Virus record (IMG/VR): IMGVR_UViG_3300045988_141106
Span: 1-32,000 of that record
Origin: a virus
Length of the DNA stretch: 32,000 bases
Strand: one strand, 5' to 3'
How positions within the stretch are numbered: the first letter of the stretch is position 1; every line of letters starts with the position of its first letter. Position numbers and translations under genes: made by a program. Positions 8,630 through 16,151 of the stretch are shown in pieces. The notes under the pieces were generated by a model that did no database searches, had not been told where the DNA came from, and saw only the letters and a list, made by a program, of their open reading frames with translations.

Positions 8630-9673
8630 TTACTCTACTTTGCTCTCTGTTTCCTTCATCTTATTGGTTGTTTCTTCTTTTACATTATTCTCCGAACTTT
8701 CTTCTTTATTATTTTCACCAACTACATTTGCTTTTTCTGGTTCTTTATTTTCCTTTGTATCTTCTGTAGTATTCTCTGCATCAGAAATCAGTTTTTCAAC
8801 CTTTTTTACGATTTCTTTTGTTGATTCGGTCTGTTTTTCTTCTTCTTTTTTAGATTCGAGTTTCTTTTTCTCTTCTTCAAACTCCATCATTGCCTGAAGA
8901 TATGCTTCTTTCTGAATTGCAATCTGTTCATTTCTTCTCTCTTCTTCTTTTTTAGTTGCTTCTTCTGCTCTTCTTGCACGACGTCGTTCATTTCTCTCAT
9001 GACGTTTCTGTTTCTGACGAAGTTTAATTTCTTCCTCTTCTTTGTCTAATGCAGCGAGCTTCTGCTGACATTCATATACTTTCAGAGCATTCTTGACTTT
9101 GGATACATAAGATTTTGCATATTTAAACTCATCAGCTTTCTTCTCAATACCTTCTGACGTATACACGTCATTATATTTTCGTTTTGCATATGCGATATAT
9201 AATGCTCTTTCAAGAGAGAATGTATCATTTTTGTCGCATACTGTTTTTACTTTTGCTTTCGTCCAAAGATCATCATTAAAGGTTACTTCCACTACTCGAT
9301 TTGGTACAATAATATTGACAGAGCATACACCAGACTTATAGATATACTCTTCCATTTTGTTTTCAATACGTTCCCTCTGTGTTAATCCTACTTCCTGTTT
9401 TCTCATTTCTTTGTTCTCCTTTTTAGCGTTGAATGTAAATGTATCATTTTTATTTCCTGAGTCAGAGTTTGCAACAACTTTTTCAAGACACTTTTCTTCA
9501 AATATAAAATCCGCACCGCAATTTAACTTATATGCACTACCATCAAAATGCAATGCTATTTCAGTTATGATATATTTATGCCCACAGTAACATTTCATAC
9601 TTGGCACAAAAGTAGAACAATCAATGTCTTTATAATCCTTAACTCTTACAATATCTCCTACTTTGAAACTCAT
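8630..9673 (-). CDS. hypothetical protein with beta-rich N-terminus and long charged helical C-terminus
   Basis: 347-aa ORF; FKVGDIVRVKDYKDID, then K/E/R-rich coiled coil. Confidence 0.6.
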   Translation of the reverse strand: MSFKVGDIVRVKDYKDIDCSTFVPSMKCYCGHKYIITEIALHFDGSAYKLNCGADFIFEEKCLEKVVANSDSGNKNDTFTFNAKKENKEMRKQEVGLTQRERIENKMEEYIYKSGVCSVNIIVPNRVVEVTFNDDLWTKAKVKTVCDKNDTFSLERALYIAYAKRKYNDVYTSEGIEKKADEFKYAKSYVSKVKNALKVYECQQKLAALDKEEEEIKLRQKQKRHERNERRRARRAEEATKKEEERRNEQIAIQKEAYLQAMMEFEEEKKKLESKKEEEKQTESTKEIVKKVEKLISDAENTTEDTKENKEPEKANVVGENNKEESSENNVKEETTNKMKETESKVE

Positions 9674-9679
9674 ATTTCA

Positions 9680-10132
9680 TCACTCCTCCATTTCTTCTGA
9701 TAATTCTTTATACTCTTCCAGCAGCTTTGCAAATCTTGGATTCGTTTCTGCAAAAATCTCATCTTTTTTATCATCTTTTGTTGACTGAATAATATTATCC
9801 ATCATTTGTCTTAACTGATGTTTTTTATATTGTATTTTTGCTAATTCTTTTCGTCTTTTCTCTCGATCTTCGTAGGCCGTCATATCAATGGCGCTTGGGT
9901 TGATTTTACAAACAATTTCCTGTGTGATTTTTTCATTTTCATGAACATGCGTCATATCATCCAACGTAAGAATATTTTGAATTGTTAAAATTTGACCTCT
10001 ACGATGGCCAGTAACTAATACTTTATCTCCTTTTTCGTATTTATAGCCATCGTTATAAATTGCAAAATATTCTTCCTTCCCCATAAGATTAATTCCTGCT
10101 ACGGCTATATAGCCTGTTAATTCTTTTGCCAT
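9680..10132 (-). CDS. hypothetical protein
   Basis: 150-aa ORF (MAKELTGYIAVAGINLMGKEEYF...), AAGGAG RBS upstream. Confidence 0.6.
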   Translation of the reverse strand: MAKELTGYIAVAGINLMGKEEYFAIYNDGYKYEKGDKVLVTGHRRGQILTIQNILTLDDMTHVHENEKITQEIVCKINPSAIDMTAYEDREKRRKELAKIQYKKHQLRQMMDNIIQSTKDDKKDEIFAETNPRFAKLLEEYKELSEEMEE

Positions 10133-10200
10133 GTTTTACTCCTTCTTTCTGTTTATATATTCTCTAAAGAAATGTGCCTTTCATCGCGTTTTATATTTCA

Positions 10201-10321
10201 GTCATGCGATTTAAAATGCCTAAAAATGGATGGGCGGCGTATCCATCATCTCAGGTACTCTTTCCAGAGTGTGTCTGGAACCATTTCCGACCTCATTTTC
10301 AGACATGTTAAATCGCATGAC
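10201..10321 (-). ncRNA. Candidate structured leader RNA
   Basis: Perfect 14-bp closing inverted repeat GTCATGCGATTTAA (10201-10214) / TTAAATCGCATGAC (10308-10321), enclosing two hairpins: ATGGAT(10226-10231)/ATCCAT(10241-10246) and TTCCAGA(10262-10268)/TCTGGAA(10274-10280). Confidence 0.5.
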
Positions 10322-10334
10322 CTACTATTCTCCG

Positions 10335-10490
10335 TTAATATATTCCGAAAAAGCTATACACTAGCTCAACCACAGTAGTTACAATAATAGTGATCCATAA
10401 AACCTTTTCACTTTTTCGTTCTGGCTTCTCTTCAATTAGATTTAACCAGGCGAAGATAATTAGGATGATTCTTAAAATTGTAAGTAACAT
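10335..10490 (-). CDS. small membrane protein directly downstream of iscB
   Basis: Manual translation MLLTILRIILIIFAWLNLIEEKPERKSEKVLWITIIVTTVVELVYSFFGIY*; GGGAGGTG RBS; two hydrophobic segments. Confidence 0.65.
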   Translation of the reverse strand: MLLTILRIILIIFAWLNLIEEKPERKSEKVLWITIIVTTVVELVYSFFGIY

Positions 10491-10517
10491 ATTTTTATTT
10501 CACCTCCCTTCTTTTAT

Positions 10518-12065
10518 TTATACAGCCATTCCTTCTTGATCTGCATGGGTCGCTTCGTATTCTAGACGATTATATTTTCTCCAAATCATTCCACGCCTTG
10601 TTCTTACAATTTTTACTTTGTCTAATAAATTATTCTTTAATAATTCATATTCTTCTGGCTTTATACTTATAGAAGGGTATTTGACTGTTTGTGCTTTATA
10701 TGTAAATCGTATTTTGAAATTACCATTAGGTAGTTTTTGCATGGATTCTACTTCTGCGATATTTCCTCTATGCTTTCCACTATTTATGTAAATTAAATCT
10801 CCACATTTCAAACAATATGAATTACAAACAAAAGTGCGTTTACCAGGTTTAATTTTCTTACCACGAAATTGTCTCATATTGTTTATATATTCTTTTTGCG
10901 TGACTCGTTTAGACGGAGCATTTGGAATCCTTTCCTTATATAATGTATTTCCACTTTTTTCTTTTCCATCACGTACATCTATGTATTTTGCATCACTAAA
11001 TGTCTCCATACTCCTGTCATTGCATCGTTTTTGATCTACAATATAGATATTCTCCGTTAGTGTCACATCCTTGTAATCATTAATACAAACAGCATCCGTA
11101 TAATGAAATTTTCTTAAACCGGCATTCCTTCTATTAATTTTTGTTTGATATCCATACCCAACTTTGACGTCATATTTGCCAGAAAGCCTTTCAAAAAGTT
11201 CCCAACGAACCATATTCATATAAGTACTGTCTTTGTATGTATCCGATAACTTCATACTCTTAACTTTCTCAAAATATTTATTGTCGTTATTATTGGAATG
11301 CACCTTCCGATGACAACTATGACATAAAGATATTAGATTACTTGGTTTATCGGTTCCTCCCTTTGAACGCGGTTGTATATGATGAACTTCAATCACAACA
11401 TTTTTATTTGCGCCACACAACCGACATGTATGTTTATCTCTATCTCTAACATAAGCTGCTGCATTTTCATATCCTTTCATTTCTCCATTTTGATAATCTT
11501 TTCCTGATATTTCTTTCCCGTCAGCTAAAGCTTTTATCATCTGGATATCAAATTTAGCAACTTCTACAATTACCTTATCTACTGGAACCCATGACGCAAT
11601 TTTATCTATTAAACGAATATGTGAATCAATTTTATGTTGTATTGATGGAGCAAACCATCCTTCTTCATTTCCATTTTTATATGTTGGATTATGTACGGTT
11701 TTGTAATCAACATTTTTATTTTTCCTGTACCTAATTCTGGATCTTCGTGTTCTTCGATATCCATTTCGATTTGTTAATCTATCCGACATTCCTTTTAATA
11801 ATTCGACTTGTCCAGCTAAATACTCATGATAATTATCACTGACAGAAAATCCTATATTCAAATATCCGCTATCAATTTTTAACTCGAAAATATCCCTATT
11901 TTCAAAATCACTCTTATAATCGTCTATTCGTTTTATTACTAATGGATCATGATTAATAATTTTTGCTTTATTATTTCTAAGCAAATAACCAGCTCTACCG
12001 TTTAAAATCGGTACACATGGTTTATTATTTTTATCTACTACTAAAGTAAAATCTAAATATTGCAT
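10518..12065 (-). CDS. iscB: IscB-like RuvC/HNH nuclease
   Basis: N-terminal PLMP-like domain (VVDKNNKPCVPILNGRAGYLLRNNKAKIINHDPLVI), RuvC-I LKIDSGYLNIGFSV, Arg-rich bridge helix YRRTRRSRIRYRKNK, RuvC-II KVIVEVAKFDI, HNH RDKHTCRLCGANKNVVIEVHHIQPRSKGGTDKPSNLISLCHSCHRKVH, RuvC-III FHYTDAVCI, C-terminal beta domain SISIKPEEYELL. RBS AAAGGAG. Confidence 0.92.
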   Translation of the reverse strand: MQYLDFTLVVDKNNKPCVPILNGRAGYLLRNNKAKIINHDPLVIKRIDDYKSDFENRDIFELKIDSGYLNIGFSVSDNYHEYLAGQVELLKGMSDRLTNRNGYRRTRRSRIRYRKNKNVDYKTVHNPTYKNGNEEGWFAPSIQHKIDSHIRLIDKIASWVPVDKVIVEVAKFDIQMIKALADGKEISGKDYQNGEMKGYENAAAYVRDRDKHTCRLCGANKNVVIEVHHIQPRSKGGTDKPSNLISLCHSCHRKVHSNNNDNKYFEKVKSMKLSDTYKDSTYMNMVRWELFERLSGKYDVKVGYGYQTKINRRNAGLRKFHYTDAVCINDYKDVTLTENIYIVDQKRCNDRSMETFSDAKYIDVRDGKEKSGNTLYKERIPNAPSKRVTQKEYINNMRQFRGKKIKPGKRTFVCNSYCLKCGDLIYINSGKHRGNIAEVESMQKLPNGNFKIRFTYKAQTVKYPSISIKPEEYELLKNNLLDKVKIVRTRRGMIWRKYNRLEYEATHADQEGMAV

Positions 12066-12307
12066 AATTTTCTCCTTTTAATTAATAACTCGACTTATAG
12101 TCGGTAATACTCTTTGACAATGTTATTACAAGTTTTTATGCTTAAATCACTTGCGACAAGAAAGTTAGACGTAACGCATGTTTAAATCTAAACGATATAA
12201 TTTGATACTAGAGTTACATATCAATATATTTTCTTGTAATAACGTAGATTAAATCTAAGTCTATTTTTATTTAACGTCTTAATTTTATAGAGTTATTTTA
12301 TTTTGAG
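12066..12307 (-). ncRNA. Candidate IscB scaffold (omegaRNA/tracr-like) region with anti-repeat
   Basis: Non-coding gap between array and iscB. Anti-repeat AACTCTATAAAATTA (minus, 12294-12280) pairs with repeat TAATTTTATAGGGTT (14 Watson-Crick + 1 G-U). Also an 11-bp inverted repeat GTTATTACAAG (12122-12132)/CTTGTAATAAC (12233-12243) and a CGACT/AGTCG hairpin (12091-12103). Confidence 0.6.
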
Positions 12308-12409
12308 GATTTGCAACCCTATAAAATTACATTCCTCTAAAACATTTCGTCTGCATCAATTTTGAATTGAACCGATTTGCAACCCTATAAAATTACACTC
12401 CTCTAAAAC
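12308..12409 (-). CRISPR. Two-repeat mini-CRISPR array
   Basis: Minus strand: GTTTTAGAGGAGTGTAATTTTATAGGGTTGCAAATC (12409-12374), 30-nt spacer GGTTCAATTCAAAATTGATGCAGACGAAAT (12373-12344), GTTTTAGAGGAATGTAATTTTATAGGGTTGCAAATC (12343-12308). The 36-nt repeats differ at one base; the GTTTTAGAG 5' end is type II-like. Confidence 0.82.
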
Positions 12410-12585
12410 GGACACCCAAAACATGATACACACTGTACCAAATCACACATGTGATGCTTTTTAATAAAGTCTTTATCTGCAGCCTGTTCGTCTGTAATTA
12501 CTGTTCCACATTCATCCATATTCTGGATCTCATGTTCTTCATAAACCTTTCCTGAATATTTTCCTAACCTTTTCATTTGTCTCAC
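12403..12585 (-). CDS. small Cys-rich hypothetical protein ending inside the first repeat
   Basis: 60-aa ORF (real start possibly internal, MKRLGKYSG); its TAG stop is the TAG of GTTTTAG. Confidence 0.5.
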   Translation of the reverse strand: MRQMKRLGKYSGKVYEEHEIQNMDECGTVITDEQAADKDFIKKHHMCDLVQCVSCFGCPF

Positions 12586-12592
12586 CTCCTTT

Positions 12593-13069
12593 TTATTTCG
12601 TTTTAATTTCGATCTTTTTGTTGATCAGCACCTTACTGTATTCTCTCCCGTCAATAATATTCTCTGTTTGAATTTCTGTAACTTTGACTGGTTTTACACC
12701 TTTTTTCGTAACACATAATACTGCGGCACCAATCTGCAGATTATTGATGAATTTTCTCCATCCTTTAACTCTTGGCACTCGCCAAATGTATTCTTTCGTA
12801 CCAATACCATCGTAATTGATATGAACACCTTTGATCAGCGCACCTGGCTGACCTTTATATACTGTCCGAATTGTTTTGGCACCATTTCTTTTCATGATAA
12901 GATATCGGATATATCCATCTACGAGATAACCATTCTTATCCAAAATAATTGACTTGTCTTGATGATTTGTACGAAGCCAATATTTTTCAAATCGTTCCAT
13001 CTTTTCTTGAGATGGATGAGAATCAAGAAACTGATCTGAAATTTTGATGTCATCAATATTCATCTGCAT
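12593..13069 (-). CDS. ParB/sulfiredoxin-fold-like protein
   Basis: IKISDQFLDSHPSQEKMERF...IILDKNGYLVDGYIRYLIMKRNGAKTI resembles the ParB N-terminal domain. Confidence 0.65.
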   Translation of the reverse strand: MQMNIDDIKISDQFLDSHPSQEKMERFEKYWLRTNHQDKSIILDKNGYLVDGYIRYLIMKRNGAKTIRTVYKGQPGALIKGVHINYDGIGTKEYIWRVPRVKGWRKFINNLQIGAAVLCVTKKGVKPVKVTEIQTENIIDGREYSKVLINKKIEIKTK

Positions 13070-13087
13070 TATTTTATTCTCCTTTCT

Positions 13088-14590
13088 TTACGCTGCGTTT
13101 CCTTTCCCAACAAGAAAGTTTTCGAAATCTCGTTTCATGAATCTGAAATTAATACCCTGATTGGAACTATATTCATCATCTGCATTCTGATATTCTCCAA
13201 TCCACTGTTCAAATTCCTGATCCTGATTATTCTGCGCTGCATAAACCATCAATGCAATTAACGCTGTTTTACACTGCTGATAAACATTTGCAGACACTTT
13301 TGTATCCTGAAGACACTCGTTGTAAAATTCGATGTCGTCTGGATCTACTTTCTCATTTACATGAGTATGTACAAAATCAATATCATTCTGATCAATACGA
13401 TCATCAACACCAATGATTGCAGATTCTTCACCCTCTGAATTTTCTGATGAGTCTTTGATACTTTCGCTCTCTGCATCTTCATTTGGTTTATTCTCTTTAA
13501 TATGTAAAAAATCCACTAATAAAGTATGTAAATAATCAATCTTCTGCTGAATTACTTTTTTGTCCTTCGTGTGTTTATCCTGTTCTATTTCAATCCAATC
13601 AGTATCATTGACTTTGATTTCTTTCATGTCATTAAATGCAATCAGGAATTTTCCAAAATTTTCTGGTGAAACTCCTTCATCTAAGGCTCTTTTCATAAGA
13701 GTCATCCATGCCATAAAATCTTTTGGCACAAATAATTCAGCTACTTCTGTATGATCGAGTTTATCTGCGTAAGGAATTAACATATTAAAGTATTTGTTCA
13801 GTGTATCAAATTCTTCTTCTGTTCCGTTCTCATTAAGATACTTGCAGATATCCCTTGGCGCCTTTTTCCATTCTTCTAAATGAAACATCGCCATAACGCA
13901 TTCGATGATCACTCTTTCCCAGATGCCTTTTTTCTTGTCTAACTCATTCAGCATCGTACAATCTTTAAGAAAACGATTATTATCTTTAATCCGTTTAATT
14001 TTATCCGCAAATGTACCAATGTAAGTAAACGCCTTCTGGCTTACATTCATTGGAATAGTAGAGTTATACAACATGACAAGATCGCAGGTATCTTCTGGAG
14101 TACATTCCTGATAAATTGCAGCAGACAACTGACATGATCTCATTCTCTTTTTCAGTTCTGGTGGGAAATCATTATAAGTTTTATTAACCAGATCAAATGT
14201 TTTGATTTCTTTGATCAGTTTTCCATTTTCATCTCTCATAGGTTTTCCATTTTTATCCAGTTTGTTTCCTTGATAAGTCACATATCTATTCCGGATTGAT
14301 TTAGAGATCTTATGCCCATCAAACACAAAACGTCTGAGCGCTTCTGTTCTCTGACCACCATCCACTACGTATGTAGTAGTAAGCCCATCTTCTCTTTTTT
14401 CTTCTGCAAGAATAATGTTGGGAATGTAAATCCGTTTTGGAGATACAGTACTATAAATCAAATTATTGATCATTTCATTTGACCAACAAAACGCTCTCTG
14501 GACTGCCTGATCAACAGTAATAACTTCCTCATCAATACTATCAACATAAGCTCCTACGCCCATCTGTTCGATTCTGTATTCATCTAACAT
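13088..14590 (-). CDS. DUF262-domain protein (GmrSD N-terminal/ParB-superfamily-like)
   Basis: EEVITVDQAVQRAFCWSNEMINNLIYSTVSPKRIYIPNIILAEE...TTYVVDGGQRTEALRRFVFDG. Confidence 0.75.
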   Translation of the reverse strand: MLDEYRIEQMGVGAYVDSIDEEVITVDQAVQRAFCWSNEMINNLIYSTVSPKRIYIPNIILAEEKREDGLTTTYVVDGGQRTEALRRFVFDGHKISKSIRNRYVTYQGNKLDKNGKPMRDENGKLIKEIKTFDLVNKTYNDFPPELKKRMRSCQLSAAIYQECTPEDTCDLVMLYNSTIPMNVSQKAFTYIGTFADKIKRIKDNNRFLKDCTMLNELDKKKGIWERVIIECVMAMFHLEEWKKAPRDICKYLNENGTEEEFDTLNKYFNMLIPYADKLDHTEVAELFVPKDFMAWMTLMKRALDEGVSPENFGKFLIAFNDMKEIKVNDTDWIEIEQDKHTKDKKVIQQKIDYLHTLLVDFLHIKENKPNEDAESESIKDSSENSEGEESAIIGVDDRIDQNDIDFVHTHVNEKVDPDDIEFYNECLQDTKVSANVYQQCKTALIALMVYAAQNNQDQEFEQWIGEYQNADDEYSSNQGINFRFMKRDFENFLVGKGNAA

Positions 14591-15300
14591 TAATAATCCC
14601 TCCTAAGTATTCTTGTATTTGAGTTGTTCCGGATAGCTTTTAAGCTATCGTTATAGAGTGACTTAGAAATATGTAAATTTTGAAGAATTTCTTCTTCATT
14701 AAATCCATCTGCAAGCATATGTAAAATTACACTCTGTACTCGTGATAATTTACTTGTATATTCTCTCATTAATGAAGACATTTCTTGATCATTTTGAAAG
14801 ACGACATCTTCCACGGTTTTCCCAGATACAAATGTCTCCCAGAGCTGCATTCCATCTTCGTCAATTTGAGAATAAATGGAAATATCAAACACAGGTTTCT
14901 CTTTAGGATTACCATCTTTATCGAATTTCTGCTTTCCAGTCTCTTCGTCAATATCTGGAACAAAAACACAGCGTTTTTTACGTTCGATATCTCTTGTATA
15001 TGTCCAATATTTTCTCCAAATATTTCCATATAAATACGTTTTAAAAGTGCATTTGACATCCGAATTGTATTTAAGTAAACTCGACAGAAAAACTTCTACT
15101 GCTAAACTTTCAAGTTCTGCATCATGAAGTGTCGGTAAATCTTGAGATGACTTTTTCTTTTTGTAAATCAAAGTTTTGCAGATTTTTTTAAGCTCGCGCA
15201 TGTCGTTGTCTAAATACGTTTGCTGGATCTCATCTGCTTCTTCTGGTGTAAGAAATTCTAATTTTTCTCTTTGAGTCTCTGTCAAATATTTGTATCTCAT
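14590..15300 (-). CDS. sigma-70-like RNA polymerase sigma factor
   Basis: Sigma-like architecture: C-terminal SRVQSVILHMLADGFNEEEILQNLHISKSLYNDSLKAIRNN (region-4-like HTH) and central YNSDVKCTFKTYLYGNIWRKYWTYTRD. Confidence 0.6.
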   Translation of the reverse strand: MRYKYLTETQREKLEFLTPEEADEIQQTYLDNDMRELKKICKTLIYKKKKSSQDLPTLHDAELESLAVEVFLSSLLKYNSDVKCTFKTYLYGNIWRKYWTYTRDIERKKRCVFVPDIDEETGKQKFDKDGNPKEKPVFDISIYSQIDEDGMQLWETFVSGKTVEDVVFQNDQEMSSLMREYTSKLSRVQSVILHMLADGFNEEEILQNLHISKSLYNDSLKAIRNNSNTRILRRDY

Positions 15301-15311
15301 TTTTGCTCACC

Positions 15312-15995
15312 CTACCCTTCCAATATTTTCATCGCTTCGTCAAATTTTGCAGTTCTTGGTTTATAGTTTTCATATTCTCCATTGTCAGTTTTATTTAATT
15401 CAGTTTGCAGTTTTCCAAGAGAGTAATGGTACGTCAATGCATTTTTCATTGCCTGAAGTTTATAGATACATGCTTTCACATGTGCTCGATCAATAAGAAT
15501 CCGCAAGAACAGATATCCGATTTTAGCAATTCTATGTGCTTGTGGTAATTTTCCATCATGTTTATATGTATAAATAACGAGTGCATGTTTAATATCACTC
15601 TCTTCTGAATCAAGCTTAGACAAATATGTACTAAGAGATTCCAACATGTTGCTCAATTCAGATTCATCCCATGCAGCCAAACTTAAAAACTTTGTACACT
15701 CATCTTCAATCTGATCGAGTAAGTTCAGATCAACTACAATGTCATTTTCATTTAAAAATACACCTCCATTCCCTTTTGCTTTAGGAGAAACTGTTGGCTT
15801 GTTTCCATCCTCTCCAACCATGGAATATCCATTCCGAATCCAACCTAGTTTTTTGCTACGTGCATTCAACAGATTTTTAGCCTGTTTGAATGTAAACTGT
15901 TTTGCATTGGATGATTTTGTGGATTCCATGTACTCGCCAGGACGTATTGGATTTTCAATCACCCAATATTTTCCATTTGTGATAATGTAGTACAT
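15312..15995 (-). CDS. hypothetical protein
   Basis: 227-aa ORF. Confidence 0.55.
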   Translation of the reverse strand: MYYIITNGKYWVIENPIRPGEYMESTKSSNAKQFTFKQAKNLLNARSKKLGWIRNGYSMVGEDGNKPTVSPKAKGNGGVFLNENDIVVDLNLLDQIEDECTKFLSLAAWDESELSNMLESLSTYLSKLDSEESDIKHALVIYTYKHDGKLPQAHRIAKIGYLFLRILIDRAHVKACIYKLQAMKNALTYHYSLGKLQTELNKTDNGEYENYKPRTAKFDEAMKILEG

Positions 15996-16151
15996 TTTCT
16001 GATCACTCCTTCTTTATTTAATTTTAAAAATAGGTAAACTTAATACAGGTTCTTATCGTTCATCAAATGAATAAGTACCTTTACGTATTGGTTATTCTCC
16101 TATTCTGTTTGTGTAAAATTGTGAAATAATAGCGAACTGCTCAAGATAGAC

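Noticed and set aside
10201-10321. Simple terminator or hammerhead ribozyme
   Set aside because: There is no adjacent T-tract on either strand and I could not place the hammerhead core (CUGAUGA...GAAA).
10834-11034. Plus-strand ORFs overlapping strong minus-strand genes (e.g. 10834..11034, 1511..1846, 3613..3894, 6759..7430, 8604..8897, 24582..24905)
   Set aside because: Low-complexity or hydrophobic antisense translations with no recognisable motifs, lying over well-supported genes.
12308-12409. Chance direct repeat or standard host-type CRISPR-Cas locus
   Set aside because: Two 36-nt near-identical repeats 30 nt apart with a nearby complementary anti-repeat are too structured for chance in AT-rich DNA. 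No cas1/cas2/cas9 is seen, so it is not a standard locus. Use by a host Cas9 remains a live alternative.
13088-14590. Complete GmrSD type IV restriction system
   Set aside because: Only the DUF262-like half is recognisable; no DUF1524 HNH motif found in this or neighbouring ORFs.
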